64,000 nt of DNA from a virus. Positions within the stretch are counted from its first letter, which is position 1, and the number at the start of each line of letters is the position of its first letter. The position numbers were made by a program, and so were the translations under genes. The DNA lies in IMG/VR virus record IMGVR_UViG_2925639251_000002; one strand, 5' to 3'. Positions 37,207-46,776 of the stretch are shown in pieces. Under the pieces are notes generated by a model. That model saw nothing but the letters and a program-made list of their open reading frames with translations. It was not told the DNA's origin and made no database searches.

Positions 37207-37626
37207 TTATAACACTCCTAATTTTATAGAAACAACAGTTTTTCCGAGATTGGAAAGTTTGTTCTCTAATTGTGTATTTTTTAGTTTTTCCGATACCAAT
37301 TGCTTACCTAACGCATCATTCAGGGTTTTTAAATCTTCAATGGTTAACACTGGCTCAGGATGTGTTTCCGTCGTTGGCGGTATGACTTTATCCGCAATTA
37401 ACTCTTCAGTGGTTTTAGCAACTACCTGACCATTTACAATCTTATAAAAGCCTTCCTCTAAATTTTCTCCGGTTACAAAAAAGTGTTTTGATAAATCATA
37501 TTCATTACTATCAAAGTAGGAAGAGAGTTCTTTATTGCTGTCATCAGGCAAGCCAATGTTTCTTTTTATAATTTTTTTCGTTATTTTATCGATAATAAAA
37601 ACGTTTATAGCAAACCCTCCTTTCAA
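37207..37626 (-). CDS. XkdW-like tail-fibre-associated protein
   Basis: C-terminal coiled coil (LGKQLVSEKL); precedes the XkdX-like gene; start uncertain. Confidence 0.65.
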   Translation of the reverse strand: MKGGFAINVFIIDKITKKIIKRNIGLPDDSNKELSSYFDSNEYDLSKHFFVTGENLEEGFYKIVNGQVVAKTTEELIADKVIPPTTETHPEPVLTIEDLKTLNDALGKQLVSEKLKNTQLENKLSNLGKTVVSIKLGVL

Positions 37627-38567
37627 TATTTCAAACCAATAATGTATCTTAAGGCATCATCTGCTTGTATAATGCTTATTGAAGTATTTGAAGTAATGCT
37701 GGCAGAGAATTTCCCCCTAGAAGTAGAGACATTAATTGTGTCGGTCAGAGGCCTGAAGGTGTACGTGTAGAAACATCTAACTAATGAAGTTCTAACATCC
37801 CCAGTTGAAACTCCTCCAGTTACAACAAGAAGTTTCTTGTACTTTGTTATGTCATCTTTTAGAGTGACTTCACCTGTAGTAACACTTAATAAATCAGTTA
37901 AATAAACCTCATTCTGTAATTCGGTTATCTTATCATTAAGTAATTTTGCGCCTTCTCCGTTTAATACTTTGGAAGTATCTCCACTGGTAACAGAGGAAGT
38001 GATATCGCTCTTTAAAAGCCATGAATTTCTTTCAGTAGCGGTAACATGTTTAGTTGTATCACCAGCGTGCAAATCAAATTCACTTTTTGTAGCCTGCTTA
38101 TCGTTAGTTAGATTACCTAGTCCGATTTGTGAGGCAGTAACACCATGTGGATTAGATTTATTGCTGGCATGGGTATCAGTGTAAGCTTTTGCATTAGTAA
38201 GTGCTTGATCAGCTTTTGATTGAGATCCTGTTGTTGTTTCTTTGGCGTTCCAAGTATTGCGTTCAGTGGTTGTAATATGTACATTAGTATCAGCGGTATG
38301 GGAGTCAAAATCTAATTTAGCTGCTTGCTCAATGTTTAATACTTTTCCTAGACCTAACTGATCCTTAGTAACTTGGTGCGGATTATTTTTATTTTCTGTA
38401 TGACTCTTCAACTCATAATTTTGTTTCTCTATGAATTCATCAACTATTTCAGTGAGCTTTTGTTCGTGAACAACCATATGCTTTTCGGCTTGTGTAGTGA
38501 TTTCCTTTAGGTTGTTTATTTGTTCATTGTTTTGTTTTAATTGACCAACAAATTTACTGCTACTCAT
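37623..38567 (-). CDS. Tail fibre/baseplate protein, YomR-like
   Basis: Repeated HxxNKxNPHxVTxxQxGLG and HxTxxERxxW units. Confidence 0.75.
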   Translation of the reverse strand: MSSSKFVGQLKQNNEQINNLKEITTQAEKHMVVHEQKLTEIVDEFIEKQNYELKSHTENKNNPHQVTKDQLGLGKVLNIEQAAKLDFDSHTADTNVHITTTERNTWNAKETTTGSQSKADQALTNAKAYTDTHASNKSNPHGVTASQIGLGNLTNDKQATKSEFDLHAGDTTKHVTATERNSWLLKSDITSSVTSGDTSKVLNGEGAKLLNDKITELQNEVYLTDLLSVTTGEVTLKDDITKYKKLLVVTGGVSTGDVRTSLVRCFYTYTFRPLTDTINVSTSRGKFSASITSNTSISIIQADDALRYIIGLKY

Positions 38568-38923
38568 TAGCTCACCGCATTTCCTTTAACAGATATATCA
38601 CCATTAACTGCGGAAACTTCAAACATTACTTTAAACAGTCCAGCAATATCAAAGTCCCAATATTCATTTGTGCTCAATGTACTGCTGGCGAGTTGAAAAT
38701 CAGTTTTGTTGGTGCCACTTAAAGCAGTCTTTTCACCGTTTTCATCGACTGCATAGAATTTAACTTCCCGGGAAGTAGAGGAACCAGAGATCTTAACAGT
38801 AAGTTCCCGAAAATGACTCACTACAAATTCTTCACCTTCTGATGGGGAAGTTGTTGCTTCATGAAATGTAAATGAAGTCTTGTCTGGAATCGTAACTACG
38901 ACATTTTCAGTCGTTTCTGTCAA
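38567..38923 (-). CDS. yomS: XepA-like protein
   Basis: TTG start after AAGGAGG; 118 aa; synteny. Confidence 0.7.
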   Translation of the reverse strand: MTETTENVVVTIPDKTSFTFHEATTSPSEGEEFVVSHFRELTVKISGSSTSREVKFYAVDENGEKTALSGTNKTDFQLASSTLSTNEYWDFDIAGLFKVMFEVSAVNGDISVKGNAVS

Positions 38924-38986
38924 CAACTCCACCTCCTTAATTTGAATAAAAACTGTCTTTTATCTAGAAAAACAAGAGGGGAGGAC

Positions 38987-39214
38987 TTATTCAAAAAGCC
39001 CATCCTCTTGTAGCTTATTCCATATACCTTCCCAAGCTGGGGTAGAAGAAGGGGATGACTGAAGCGAACTTAAAGGTTCGTATTCATTGAAGTCGCCTTC
39101 AAACCGTTGCTTGAAATCATCAACACTGATATAGGATCCATCTGATAGCAATAGGAATTTTTGTTCCAAACCATCAAATTGTTTGAACAGACCACATACT
39201 TCATCAAATGTCAT
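38987..39214 (-). CDS. yomT: Hypothetical protein
   Basis: 75 aa from MTFDEV; coupled to the upstream stop; synteny. Confidence 0.65.
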   Translation of the reverse strand: MTFDEVCGLFKQFDGLEQKFLLLSDGSYISVDDFKQRFEGDFNEYEPLSSLQSSPSSTPAWEGIWNKLQEDGLFE

Positions 39215-39825
39215 TATTCCATCCCCCAAACAACGATTTTTAACCCAGTTAGATCAACTGTACCGGCTGCTTTAACTGTCAGATGTATTTTTGGAGCAGT
39301 GAAAGTTAATTGTTTTTGTAAAGGGTAATTCTGAACAAAAGCAATGCTGTTGAATAGAACAGAATTATCATTACCTGATGTAGTTGCAGAATAAAATGGG
39401 ATGTTTTTCGGTACGGAATAAATACTTGCTAAAACTTTGCTGTTTGAGCTGTCTGTTTGAGTTGAGTACATAGCAACACCGTAAGTTCTGAAAACACCAA
39501 GTGAATCGATTAGATCAACTGTATAAGACTTAGTTGCACCTGTAGCTACGGTATCAGCATCAGTAACAACAAATTCAGAATAGGATTTTTGAACTTGGGT
39601 TTTAATTGCTGCAGTGTTTTTAACCAAAACAGGGACAGAAGCCGTATTAGTTAAATTTACATCAAGTGCAGTGTTGGCCACATTAACATTAAGAGGCTGG
39701 TCATTATTGAGACCAACCTCCAAGGGGACAGTGGAACGTTCAATTGATACAGCTGTTATGGGATTACCTGTCCCATCATCTTTTGCAGAGGTGTATTTAT
39801 CACCGTCCTGGTTTAAAAAAGCAAT
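39214..39825 (-). CDS. Structural-module protein (beta-rich); probable ATT start
   Basis: Frame extends upstream of the track TTG (39723) to ATT ATT just after AAGGAGG. Confidence 0.65.
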   Translation of the reverse strand: MAFLNQDGDKYTSAKDDGTGNPITAVSIERSTVPLEVGLNNDQPLNVNVANTALDVNLTNTASVPVLVKNTAAIKTQVQKSYSEFVVTDADTVATGATKSYTVDLIDSLGVFRTYGVAMYSTQTDSSNSKVLASIYSVPKNIPFYSATTSGNDNSVLFNSIAFVQNYPLQKQLTFTAPKIHLTVKAAGTVDLTGLKIVVWGME

Positions 39826-39842
39826 AATAAACGCCTCCTTAA

Positions 39843-40640
39843 TTATTCAGTTGTTCCGCCAAGATCTGAACTTTGAGATGAGCCAGTTCCTTCATCACTA
39901 GTGACAACGCCCTTTGTCCCATCAGCTTTACGTTTCACACGAGCAAAGTTACCGATTTTTCCGTTATTATCAGCAAGGGCTCGATAGCCGATTTCCGGAG
40001 TGTATGCATTTCCTGCTTCAAACGACATATCTGCTTCACCAGAGAAGTTTACTTTAGGGAGCTGAATATAAAGGTCACTGTAGATTTTTGAAGTCTTAGG
40101 ATCGTATTCAATTGTGTGAATTTCAAAGTAGTAATTCTCAGAGAATTTTTCACCGTTAATTTCAACAGTCTCGGCTTCAACTTCAATTTGATAATGAACT
40201 GCTAAAGCTTCCCCCTTGGTTGCAAAGGTATCAGGCACAGTAACTGTTTTAGATGCAGCGTCAACTTCAATTTGATCTCCATCTTCGTTAGTTAATGAAA
40301 CTTTAGACAATGGGAGATATGAAAGGGTAACCGTACCAGTATCACTAACTGTTAAGCTTTCATCTTCCCACACAGAAATTGTTTCGTTTTCAATTTTTAC
40401 ACCTTGCTGCATTGCCATGAAATCAAGATCAAAGAAAGCATTTCGGACATTACCCGATACTTCTTTACTTGAATTAATAACATACAGGTCTCGGTTACCC
40501 CATCCGCCTTTTAAAAAGTCTTGTTGAACTTGTTGGGAAAACTGAGTCATTTGTGTAACACCTGAAGCAATAACCTTATTATCGCTCAGACGTTTAGCTG
40601 TAATTTTTCCAACTTCATGGATTACTGTTTGTTTTGCCAA
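39843..40640 (-). CDS. yomU: Major tail tube protein
   Basis: 265 aa; position and tail-tube-like composition. Confidence 0.75.
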   Translation of the reverse strand: MAKQTVIHEVGKITAKRLSDNKVIASGVTQMTQFSQQVQQDFLKGGWGNRDLYVINSSKEVSGNVRNAFFDLDFMAMQQGVKIENETISVWEDESLTVSDTGTVTLSYLPLSKVSLTNEDGDQIEVDAASKTVTVPDTFATKGEALAVHYQIEVEAETVEINGEKFSENYYFEIHTIEYDPKTSKIYSDLYIQLPKVNFSGEADMSFEAGNAYTPEIGYRALADNNGKIGNFARVKRKADGTKGVVTSDEGTGSSQSSDLGGTTE

Positions 40641-40682
40641 ATTGTTTCCTCCTAAATAAAAATAAAAAGAGACTAAAGTTAA

Positions 40683-41393
40683 TTAGCCTCCGAATAATTG
40701 CTCGATATTTTTAGCATCTTTAGTGCTCAGGTGATAAGACTCTTCCTTGTAAAGATTAATGTGACTGCTCCAATCACTCACTTTTACATCAGGAGAGACA
40801 GTAGCAAAAAGTGTGGTTGTGTTATAATTCATTACTTCAGCCATCCTGTAGAACGACAAATAAAGTTGATACATCGTCATTTCAGATATTTCTTCATATG
40901 TGTATCCGTTAAATGCAGCAACACAGCTTACTATATCCTTTAAATCACTTTGAGAATCTTGTTGCTTGAGTGATTTACTTATATCATGGAACTCCTGAAG
41001 TTCATCATTGTCAACGACCTTGTCTTCAGTGATACAATGCATGTCTAGTATTAGTTTTCGGAGACGGGGAAAATTATGTTTTCCAATCAACGATAGGGAA
41101 TCCTTGTTTATCAATACTTTTGAAAAAACTTTGAAATAAGCCTCGTGAAAATCAGGGAGTACCGAATGTACAATTTCATAAAGATCTCTCTTTTTCATTT
41201 CAATGATAAATGGGTCAAGCGAGCCATCCTCATTAAACCTTGAATATTCTTTAATAAGACTTTTCTTATTCATGCTCAACATGCTTAGTTCTTTGGTGTA
41301 GAGAGGATAATCTTTTAAGCGGATGAAATCAATCTCACCTATTTCAGTCTGGATCGGTTTTCCCAAGAAAAAGAAATCCTTTAACTCATTCAT
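40683..41393 (-). CDS. yomV: Phage morphogenesis protein
   Basis: 236 aa; synteny. Confidence 0.7.
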   Translation of the reverse strand: MNELKDFFFLGKPIQTEIGEIDFIRLKDYPLYTKELSMLSMNKKSLIKEYSRFNEDGSLDPFIIEMKKRDLYEIVHSVLPDFHEAYFKVFSKVLINKDSLSLIGKHNFPRLRKLILDMHCITEDKVVDNDELQEFHDISKSLKQQDSQSDLKDIVSCVAAFNGYTYEEISEMTMYQLYLSFYRMAEVMNYNTTTLFATVSPDVKVSDWSSHINLYKEESYHLSTKDAKNIEQLFGG

Positions 41394-41896
41394 TTGCTTG
41401 CTCCAAAAGTAAAGATCATCTTGTAGCCCAGGTATCCGTCAGGAGGATTACTTATAAGCAAACGTCTATAATCTACAGTTACACCAAAACCAGCAATATT
41501 TTTATTGAAAAATAATTTTGAAACTCTGTCGATGATTTTCAAACTTCGATACTCAGATATCTCAAATGTATTAATGTGTGTGTATACATCGATCATCAAT
41601 TCTTGATTTAACAACATAAAGCTTTGGTTTGTCGGCTTAGGCAATGCATTCCCTAAATAAACACACATCCTACATAATGGTGAATCCGATAGATCATCTG
41701 TTTTAGGTGCTCGCTTGAATATGGTATTGATTATAGCGGGAGAGTCATTTGTGGAGTCATAATAATTTTCGAGTGATTGAACATCTGGATGAGAAGGGGA
41801 GAGAGGATCAGTTTTGTAATACAAGAGCCGATTCAGTTCAACATCATCCATAACTAATCTGAAGACTTTTGTCATCTGTTCAACAGTCATGCTCAT
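41390..41896 (-). CDS. yomW: Putative tail terminator
   Basis: 168 aa; synteny. Confidence 0.7.
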   Translation of the reverse strand: MSMTVEQMTKVFRLVMDDVELNRLLYYKTDPLSPSHPDVQSLENYYDSTNDSPAIINTIFKRAPKTDDLSDSPLCRMCVYLGNALPKPTNQSFMLLNQELMIDVYTHINTFEISEYRSLKIIDRVSKLFFNKNIAGFGVTVDYRRLLISNPPDGYLGYKMIFTFGASK

Positions 41897-42552
41897 GTCT
41901 TTTCACCAACTTTCTTTTTGGCAACCAATTTTATTGTTCCATGATCTCCATAAACTTTAGAATAGTCTATATCATCGACTTGATAATCTTCGCCAAAGAA
42001 GGTGAGGGTAAGTCCAATTTTCAATTTTTCATGAACAAGATAAGGAATTGTAATGTTTGCTTGACCATCTGGAAGATTTACAGCCAATTCAGTGCCATTT
42101 ATTGAAGTTGTCCTTTCGAATATGCAGGGGACTTCAGTTTTTTCACCAGGTACTTTTTCATAAATTGGCTTACCAGTGATTTCGTTAATTTTGCCAGTAT
42201 CGATTAGCTTGTCTTCTGAAGTAAGAAAAAATGATGTTCCACATATTTTTATCTCAGCCTTTTTGTAAATCTTATTACTGAGAGGGTGGGAGGTGATGAG
42301 CCATGTTTCATCATTAAACTTAACAACTCCGCCACGATAAATGTCAGCAATTTCACCTAATATATATCTTGCAGAACCATCGCCACTAGAGTACTTAGAG
42401 GTGATCATTACTATTTTTTCGATTCCATCAATTGTGACTTTTTCAGATTCAACCCCCTTAAGGCCTTGTTGGAAAATAAGCTTACCATCATGAAGAAGTT
42501 TATTATTAATGTTAACCTTGTGGTAATTACTGTAGTCCTTCAATTGAATCAC
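41893..42552 (-). CDS. yomX: Putative head-closure protein
   Basis: Size and synteny. Confidence 0.65.
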   Translation of the reverse strand: MIQLKDYSNYHKVNINNKLLHDGKLIFQQGLKGVESEKVTIDGIEKIVMITSKYSSGDGSARYILGEIADIYRGGVVKFNDETWLITSHPLSNKIYKKAEIKICGTSFFLTSEDKLIDTGKINEITGKPIYEKVPGEKTEVPCIFERTTSINGTELAVNLPDGQANITIPYLVHEKLKIGLTLTFFGEDYQVDDIDYSKVYGDHGTIKLVAKKKVGEKT

Positions 42553-42781
42553 CGTCTGTTACTAAGTTATACTTAAGTCTGTTTAACTCCCCACTTACTG
42601 TTAAAATAGTGTCCCTGATCTCTGTGAGTTCAGGATCACTTAGTAGCTTTTTATTAAGGTATTTCTCCAATTTGAAAAGGACTGAATTGTTTCTCTTACA
42701 CAGTTTATTGCAAAAAACATCTAAGTCCTCAAGCTTTATTTGTCCATCTTTATTTGCAGATTTAACTTTAATTGTACTCAT
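42527..42781 (-). CDS. yomY: Hypothetical protein
   Basis: 84 aa; synteny. Confidence 0.65.
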   Translation of the reverse strand: MSTIKVKSANKDGQIKLEDLDVFCNKLCKRNNSVLFKLEKYLNKKLLSDPELTEIRDTILTVSGELNRLKYNLVTDGDSIEGLQ

Positions 42782-43173
42782 AGATAATCCACCGCAGCAT
42801 TCAATATCAAACGTTCAATTTCGTTTTTCTGATCTATTACACTTTGTTTAAGGGAATTGATTTGTGTGCCAAAGTTTTTAATCCCCACGTCATTAGTGAA
42901 TGGCTGCCACGTATTCTCAAACAATGTCTTTTTATTTAGCAAAAAGATGTATCTCAAGAAATGTGCAAGAATAAGAAGATCATCCTCCGATAATTCCCTA
43001 TTTACAGTTTCTGTTGAATCATCAGCTCTTAAATTGTCTCTGAGCCTGTTATTGAAATGAAGGATTGCATTTCGAATTGATTTATAAATGTCCTCTTCTT
43101 CTTGAGGAACATCAAAATCAGATGTTTCACAGTTGTTTAAAAAGGTTTCCCATATTTGATCATAAGATGTCAT
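42778..43173 (-). CDS. yomZ: Putative head-tail adaptor
   Basis: 131 aa; synteny. Confidence 0.7.
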   Translation of the reverse strand: MTSYDQIWETFLNNCETSDFDVPQEEEDIYKSIRNAILHFNNRLRDNLRADDSTETVNRELSEDDLLILAHFLRYIFLLNKKTLFENTWQPFTNDVGIKNFGTQINSLKQSVIDQKNEIERLILNAAVDYL

Positions 43174-43187
43174 AAAAATCCCTCCTC

Positions 43188-43658
43188 TTAGTCAAAGAGA
43201 AGGGAAGGATCCGCGACTCCCATCCAATCAGCCAAAACTTTTAATTTGCCTGCAGCAATGTCATCGCTAAATTCTGAAGCAACGTCAATAATAAATTGTT
43301 TCTCAGAATCCACTGTGATTTTATCGAGCTTATTTTTTAGTTGAGCAATATTTCCTGATTTAATCATCTTTTCAATTTCTTCTTTGGTATGGATGTTATT
43401 TTCATAAGCCTCCGACTCAACAATAGAATCTTTAATTTCTTTGGTGGTATCATTATCTTCAACAATAACTAATTCACCTTTATCGAAACAAACGCTGTTC
43501 ATTGTGAGCCATTCAACAACTTCTTTTGGAACTTCTTTAATATCAGCCTTCCCATTTTTACTTCCAGCCCAAGTGTATTGTTTATGTCCGCCATCGCCGG
43601 TATACCCAACAAAATAAGACGTACTTCTGTATCGTGCTAACTTAATTTTTTCAGTCAA
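43188..43658 (-). CDS. yonA: Phage protein
   Basis: 156 aa; follows the capsid gene. Confidence 0.7.
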   Translation of the reverse strand: MTEKIKLARYRSTSYFVGYTGDGGHKQYTWAGSKNGKADIKEVPKEVVEWLTMNSVCFDKGELVIVEDNDTTKEIKDSIVESEAYENNIHTKEEIEKMIKSGNIAQLKNKLDKITVDSEKQFIIDVASEFSDDIAAGKLKVLADWMGVADPSLLFD

Positions 43659-43693
43659 ATTAATATCCTCCTAAAAAATCCTCATATTTTGAT

Positions 43694-44710
43694 TTAGATA
43701 GATACTGCAGCTTGTTCTTCAATAATTCCGATTGCTTCTCCAAAAAGAAGGTTAACAGAAGCATCTTGAACAATTTTCATTTTGATTCTTTCATCTTCGA
43801 TATCTTGTTCTGTCAATTGACGCAGTCCGCCATACTCAACAACAGAAAATGGTTTTTGAGAAACGCCGCCGGCAAACATATAACCTTTGTTGACAGGAAG
43901 TTCGACTTTACTATTTGTATCATCTGTAAATGGGTTAGTGAGGTTAACAGCAGTTGTTCTGCCGATAGTTGTTGGATTTAGAGCAGTAAGGAGCTCTCCT
44001 TTTACTTCTTCTGTTAAGAAGTTCTTAAACGTAGAGTCTGTTCCTTGTTGGAATGCGAAGTAGTCAATGAGAAGAGTGTCAGCGACGAAGATTGGTTTTC
44101 CACCATAACGTTGAAGCACGGAAGCTACTTTGTTGTATTGCTGAAGAGTAAGGTTTGAGCCTGTTTGAACATTTTTTGCAGGGATTTTACCAGCTGTAAT
44201 TGCGCTTGCAGTTAATTGATGAATTTTATCGAGGTACAAACGGACTTTAGCATCTGCGATATCATTCACCAATTTATTGAAGTAAACAATTGAATCTGTT
44301 ACGAGATCTAGGGGTTCATAATAGAAACCTGTTGACATAGTTTTCGGAACAGCAGGAACTGTTTCTTGTCCTTCAACACGAACCAAATCAACACCAGAGC
44401 CTGTAGCAGACCAAATGACTTTTGCCTTATTCTTTTTTGGAATTTTAATTTCTTTAATATTGCCTCGTTTTTCTTGTTGGACATTGGCCAGAAGGGAGAG
44501 GAGCTGTGTTACTTTTGGTTTCGCAATTTCATCAGCTTGTTCAACGACAAGGTTATTAAATTGATGGAGCATGGAAGGGTCAGGTGTAGTACCGCCATCA
44601 CCAAATACTTTCTTAATGTAAGTTTGGATATCAGCTTGGTCTGTACCGTCCATTTTGTTATTTAATACACGGCTAAACAAGCCTTTGATTTTCACAGTAT
44701 CTAATTTCAT
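43694..44710 (-). CDS. yonB: Major capsid protein
   Basis: 338 aa; position in the head module. Confidence 0.8.
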   Translation of the reverse strand: MKLDTVKIKGLFSRVLNNKMDGTDQADIQTYIKKVFGDGGTTPDPSMLHQFNNLVVEQADEIAKPKVTQLLSLLANVQQEKRGNIKEIKIPKKNKAKVIWSATGSGVDLVRVEGQETVPAVPKTMSTGFYYEPLDLVTDSIVYFNKLVNDIADAKVRLYLDKIHQLTASAITAGKIPAKNVQTGSNLTLQQYNKVASVLQRYGGKPIFVADTLLIDYFAFQQGTDSTFKNFLTEEVKGELLTALNPTTIGRTTAVNLTNPFTDDTNSKVELPVNKGYMFAGGVSQKPFSVVEYGGLRQLTEQDIEDERIKMKIVQDASVNLLFGEAIGIIEEQAAVSI

Positions 44711-44748
44711 TTAAAATACTCCTTTTATTGAAATTTATTTGTTATGTA

Positions 44749-45285
44749 TTAGGCCTCGATTACTTCAAGGCGAACAAGCTTTTGTCCCATTGTGTAAACA
44801 AGGTCATCTTCATTATTTACAACTAGGAACTTAGCAGAAGAATCAGCATAATCCTCATGAGGTGAAGCAGGATCACTAAGAATATACTTTTGAGTAGCAA
44901 TATCAAAGTGAGCTACCTGACCTTGTTTAACCTCAGTCACTCCTGTATTAAATGAAAATGCAGAAACATCAAAACGGGTATAAGCTGGCTCAAGGATAAC
45001 AATTCGAGCATGTTCTCCTACACCGTTATAAAAATCTCTCATTGATTCACCAAGGTAGCGTGTTTCAGGAGATGCAATTAAATATGCTTTTTTTGTTTTA
45101 TCTGATAGTTTCGAAGCTGTACGGTTCCCCTCAGCATCAAAACCAAGTTCAACAAGCATAAAGTTATCAATGTCTGAACCAGTCACTTTTGCACCGTGAG
45201 CAACTGTTTTGATTTTTAAAGAATTCAAGTTTCCAGTAGTATGATTACCTACTTCAGTAAGGGCTTTTTGTAATCTTGTAGCCAT
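44749..45285 (-). CDS. yonC: Head (decoration-like) protein
   Basis: 178 aa; synteny. Confidence 0.7.
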   Translation of the reverse strand: MATRLQKALTEVGNHTTGNLNSLKIKTVAHGAKVTGSDIDNFMLVELGFDAEGNRTASKLSDKTKKAYLIASPETRYLGESMRDFYNGVGEHARIVILEPAYTRFDVSAFSFNTGVTEVKQGQVAHFDIATQKYILSDPASPHEDYADSSAKFLVVNNEDDLVYTMGQKLVRLEVIEA

Positions 45286-45309
45286 ATTTTATTCCTCCAA
45301 GTTTAAAAT

Positions 45310-46746
45310 TTATTGTGAAAAGCGTGATTCAAAAGAGTCATCGTTAGGGATTAAATTTTCCCGTTTACTTGAAAATTCTCTAATGGTTGTATTTGTTTCA
45401 GTAGGAACATTAACTAAATCAACTAACATTGTGTTAAGTTGTAATACAGCTTTTTCTCCTTCTTCATCTTGTTTAACCGAAGCATGGATAAGGTTTTGTA
45501 CTTCTTCTGTACTGAATTTTTCCTCAGCATTTAAAGCTTCAAATTTCGCTTTATAGAATTCATTTTTCTCATTTAGTTTTTGCTCTAATAAAGTTTTCTC
45601 GTGTTTTTCTTTGTAAGGCTTCAATTGTTCCACTTCAGAATTTAATTGCACAAGCTTTTCACTAGCAGTGTTGAATTGCTGTTCAATATCTGCCTTATTC
45701 TTATTGATTTGATTTACTTGATTCGTTAAACCTTTAATCTGTTCATCTTTTTGGTTAAGTTGTGTTTGAATAGGTTCAGGAAGAACTTCCTCCCAGTTAC
45801 GTGTCATGAATACCTCGGCTTTACTATCAAAATCAATTGAAACAGTATCGCCTGTTCTTGTGTAATTGAACTTAAAATATTTGTCGTAGCTATTTTCATC
45901 TGACCAGCTATACACGTTTACGATGAAATATGTATCATATACATCTGCAATATAAGATGCTGACTCCTTGTCAAGGGTTGGATCTAATTGGTTATAAAGA
46001 AGTGTCCGAACGTCAGAATGAGACAATTCAAATACTTTTCTAAACTTATTCATTTTTTCACCTTCCTCATTATTTTGTCTTGTAGCTGCTTGAGCAACTA
46101 ATCTTTCAAATTGTTGAATTTCATTAAAGCTAAGAAGTTTGGAAGAATCATAAGCGGGGAGGACAATGTCATGCTCTCCACGTTTCTCAGAATTTAAAAT
46201 TGCATGACCTTCGAAATAGATAGGGGACTGTAGGTGTTCAATGCCATCTTGCATACTGTAATTTGAATAAAGGATCTCACAACTTGTATTAATGTTAATA
46301 CCCCGACCATACCATTCAAGTAAAAGTTCACATGCATCTTTAAATCGGGAGCTCCAAAGTATTGCATCTGCTGCCAATACTTCTTTTTTACCTTCTGGGG
46401 TTTCAATTTCAGTTATGTATCCCTCAGATGTAAAGACACCAATTGGAGCAGTATCTCTTTTTACTTCAAGTTCTCCGTGCTTGTCCGTGTCTAGATAAGC
46501 TTCATGAGTTCCTAATGCATCTGTAGAAGTATTTAATTCATCAACCTCGTAATATTTTGCAACAATCGGTTTATTAATAATTGTTGAAGCAGCTTCAAGA
46601 GCAACATCCTTAGAAATTACTGCGTTATTGTGAGAGACATCGAAATCAAAAATGACAAAGCTACATGACAACTTTGTTGGGTCATCTGATGTTTTAATCT
46701 CATTCAATTGAAGTTGGCATAGTTTTTTCTTTTGCTTCTTTGTCAA
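45310..46746 (-). CDS. yonD: Prohead protease/scaffold protein
   Basis: Protease-like N-terminus (NTSCEI, FEGHAIL, PAY) and coiled-coil C-terminus; 478 aa. Confidence 0.78.
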   Translation of the reverse strand: MTKKQKKKLCQLQLNEIKTSDDPTKLSCSFVIFDFDVSHNNAVISKDVALEAASTIINKPIVAKYYEVDELNTSTDALGTHEAYLDTDKHGELEVKRDTAPIGVFTSEGYITEIETPEGKKEVLAADAILWSSRFKDACELLLEWYGRGININTSCEILYSNYSMQDGIEHLQSPIYFEGHAILNSEKRGEHDIVLPAYDSSKLLSFNEIQQFERLVAQAATRQNNEEGEKMNKFRKVFELSHSDVRTLLYNQLDPTLDKESASYIADVYDTYFIVNVYSWSDENSYDKYFKFNYTRTGDTVSIDFDSKAEVFMTRNWEEVLPEPIQTQLNQKDEQIKGLTNQVNQINKNKADIEQQFNTASEKLVQLNSEVEQLKPYKEKHEKTLLEQKLNEKNEFYKAKFEALNAEEKFSTEEVQNLIHASVKQDEEGEKAVLQLNTMLVDLVNVPTETNTTIREFSSKRENLIPNDDSFESRFSQ

Positions 46747-46776
46747 ATAATTTCACCTCCCTTCAAAAGTGAAGTT

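Noticed and set aside
39826-39850. Programmed frameshift fusing the tail tube protein to the next ORF
   Set aside because: The downstream frame has TGA at 39849-39847, there is no slippery sequence, and it has its own RBS
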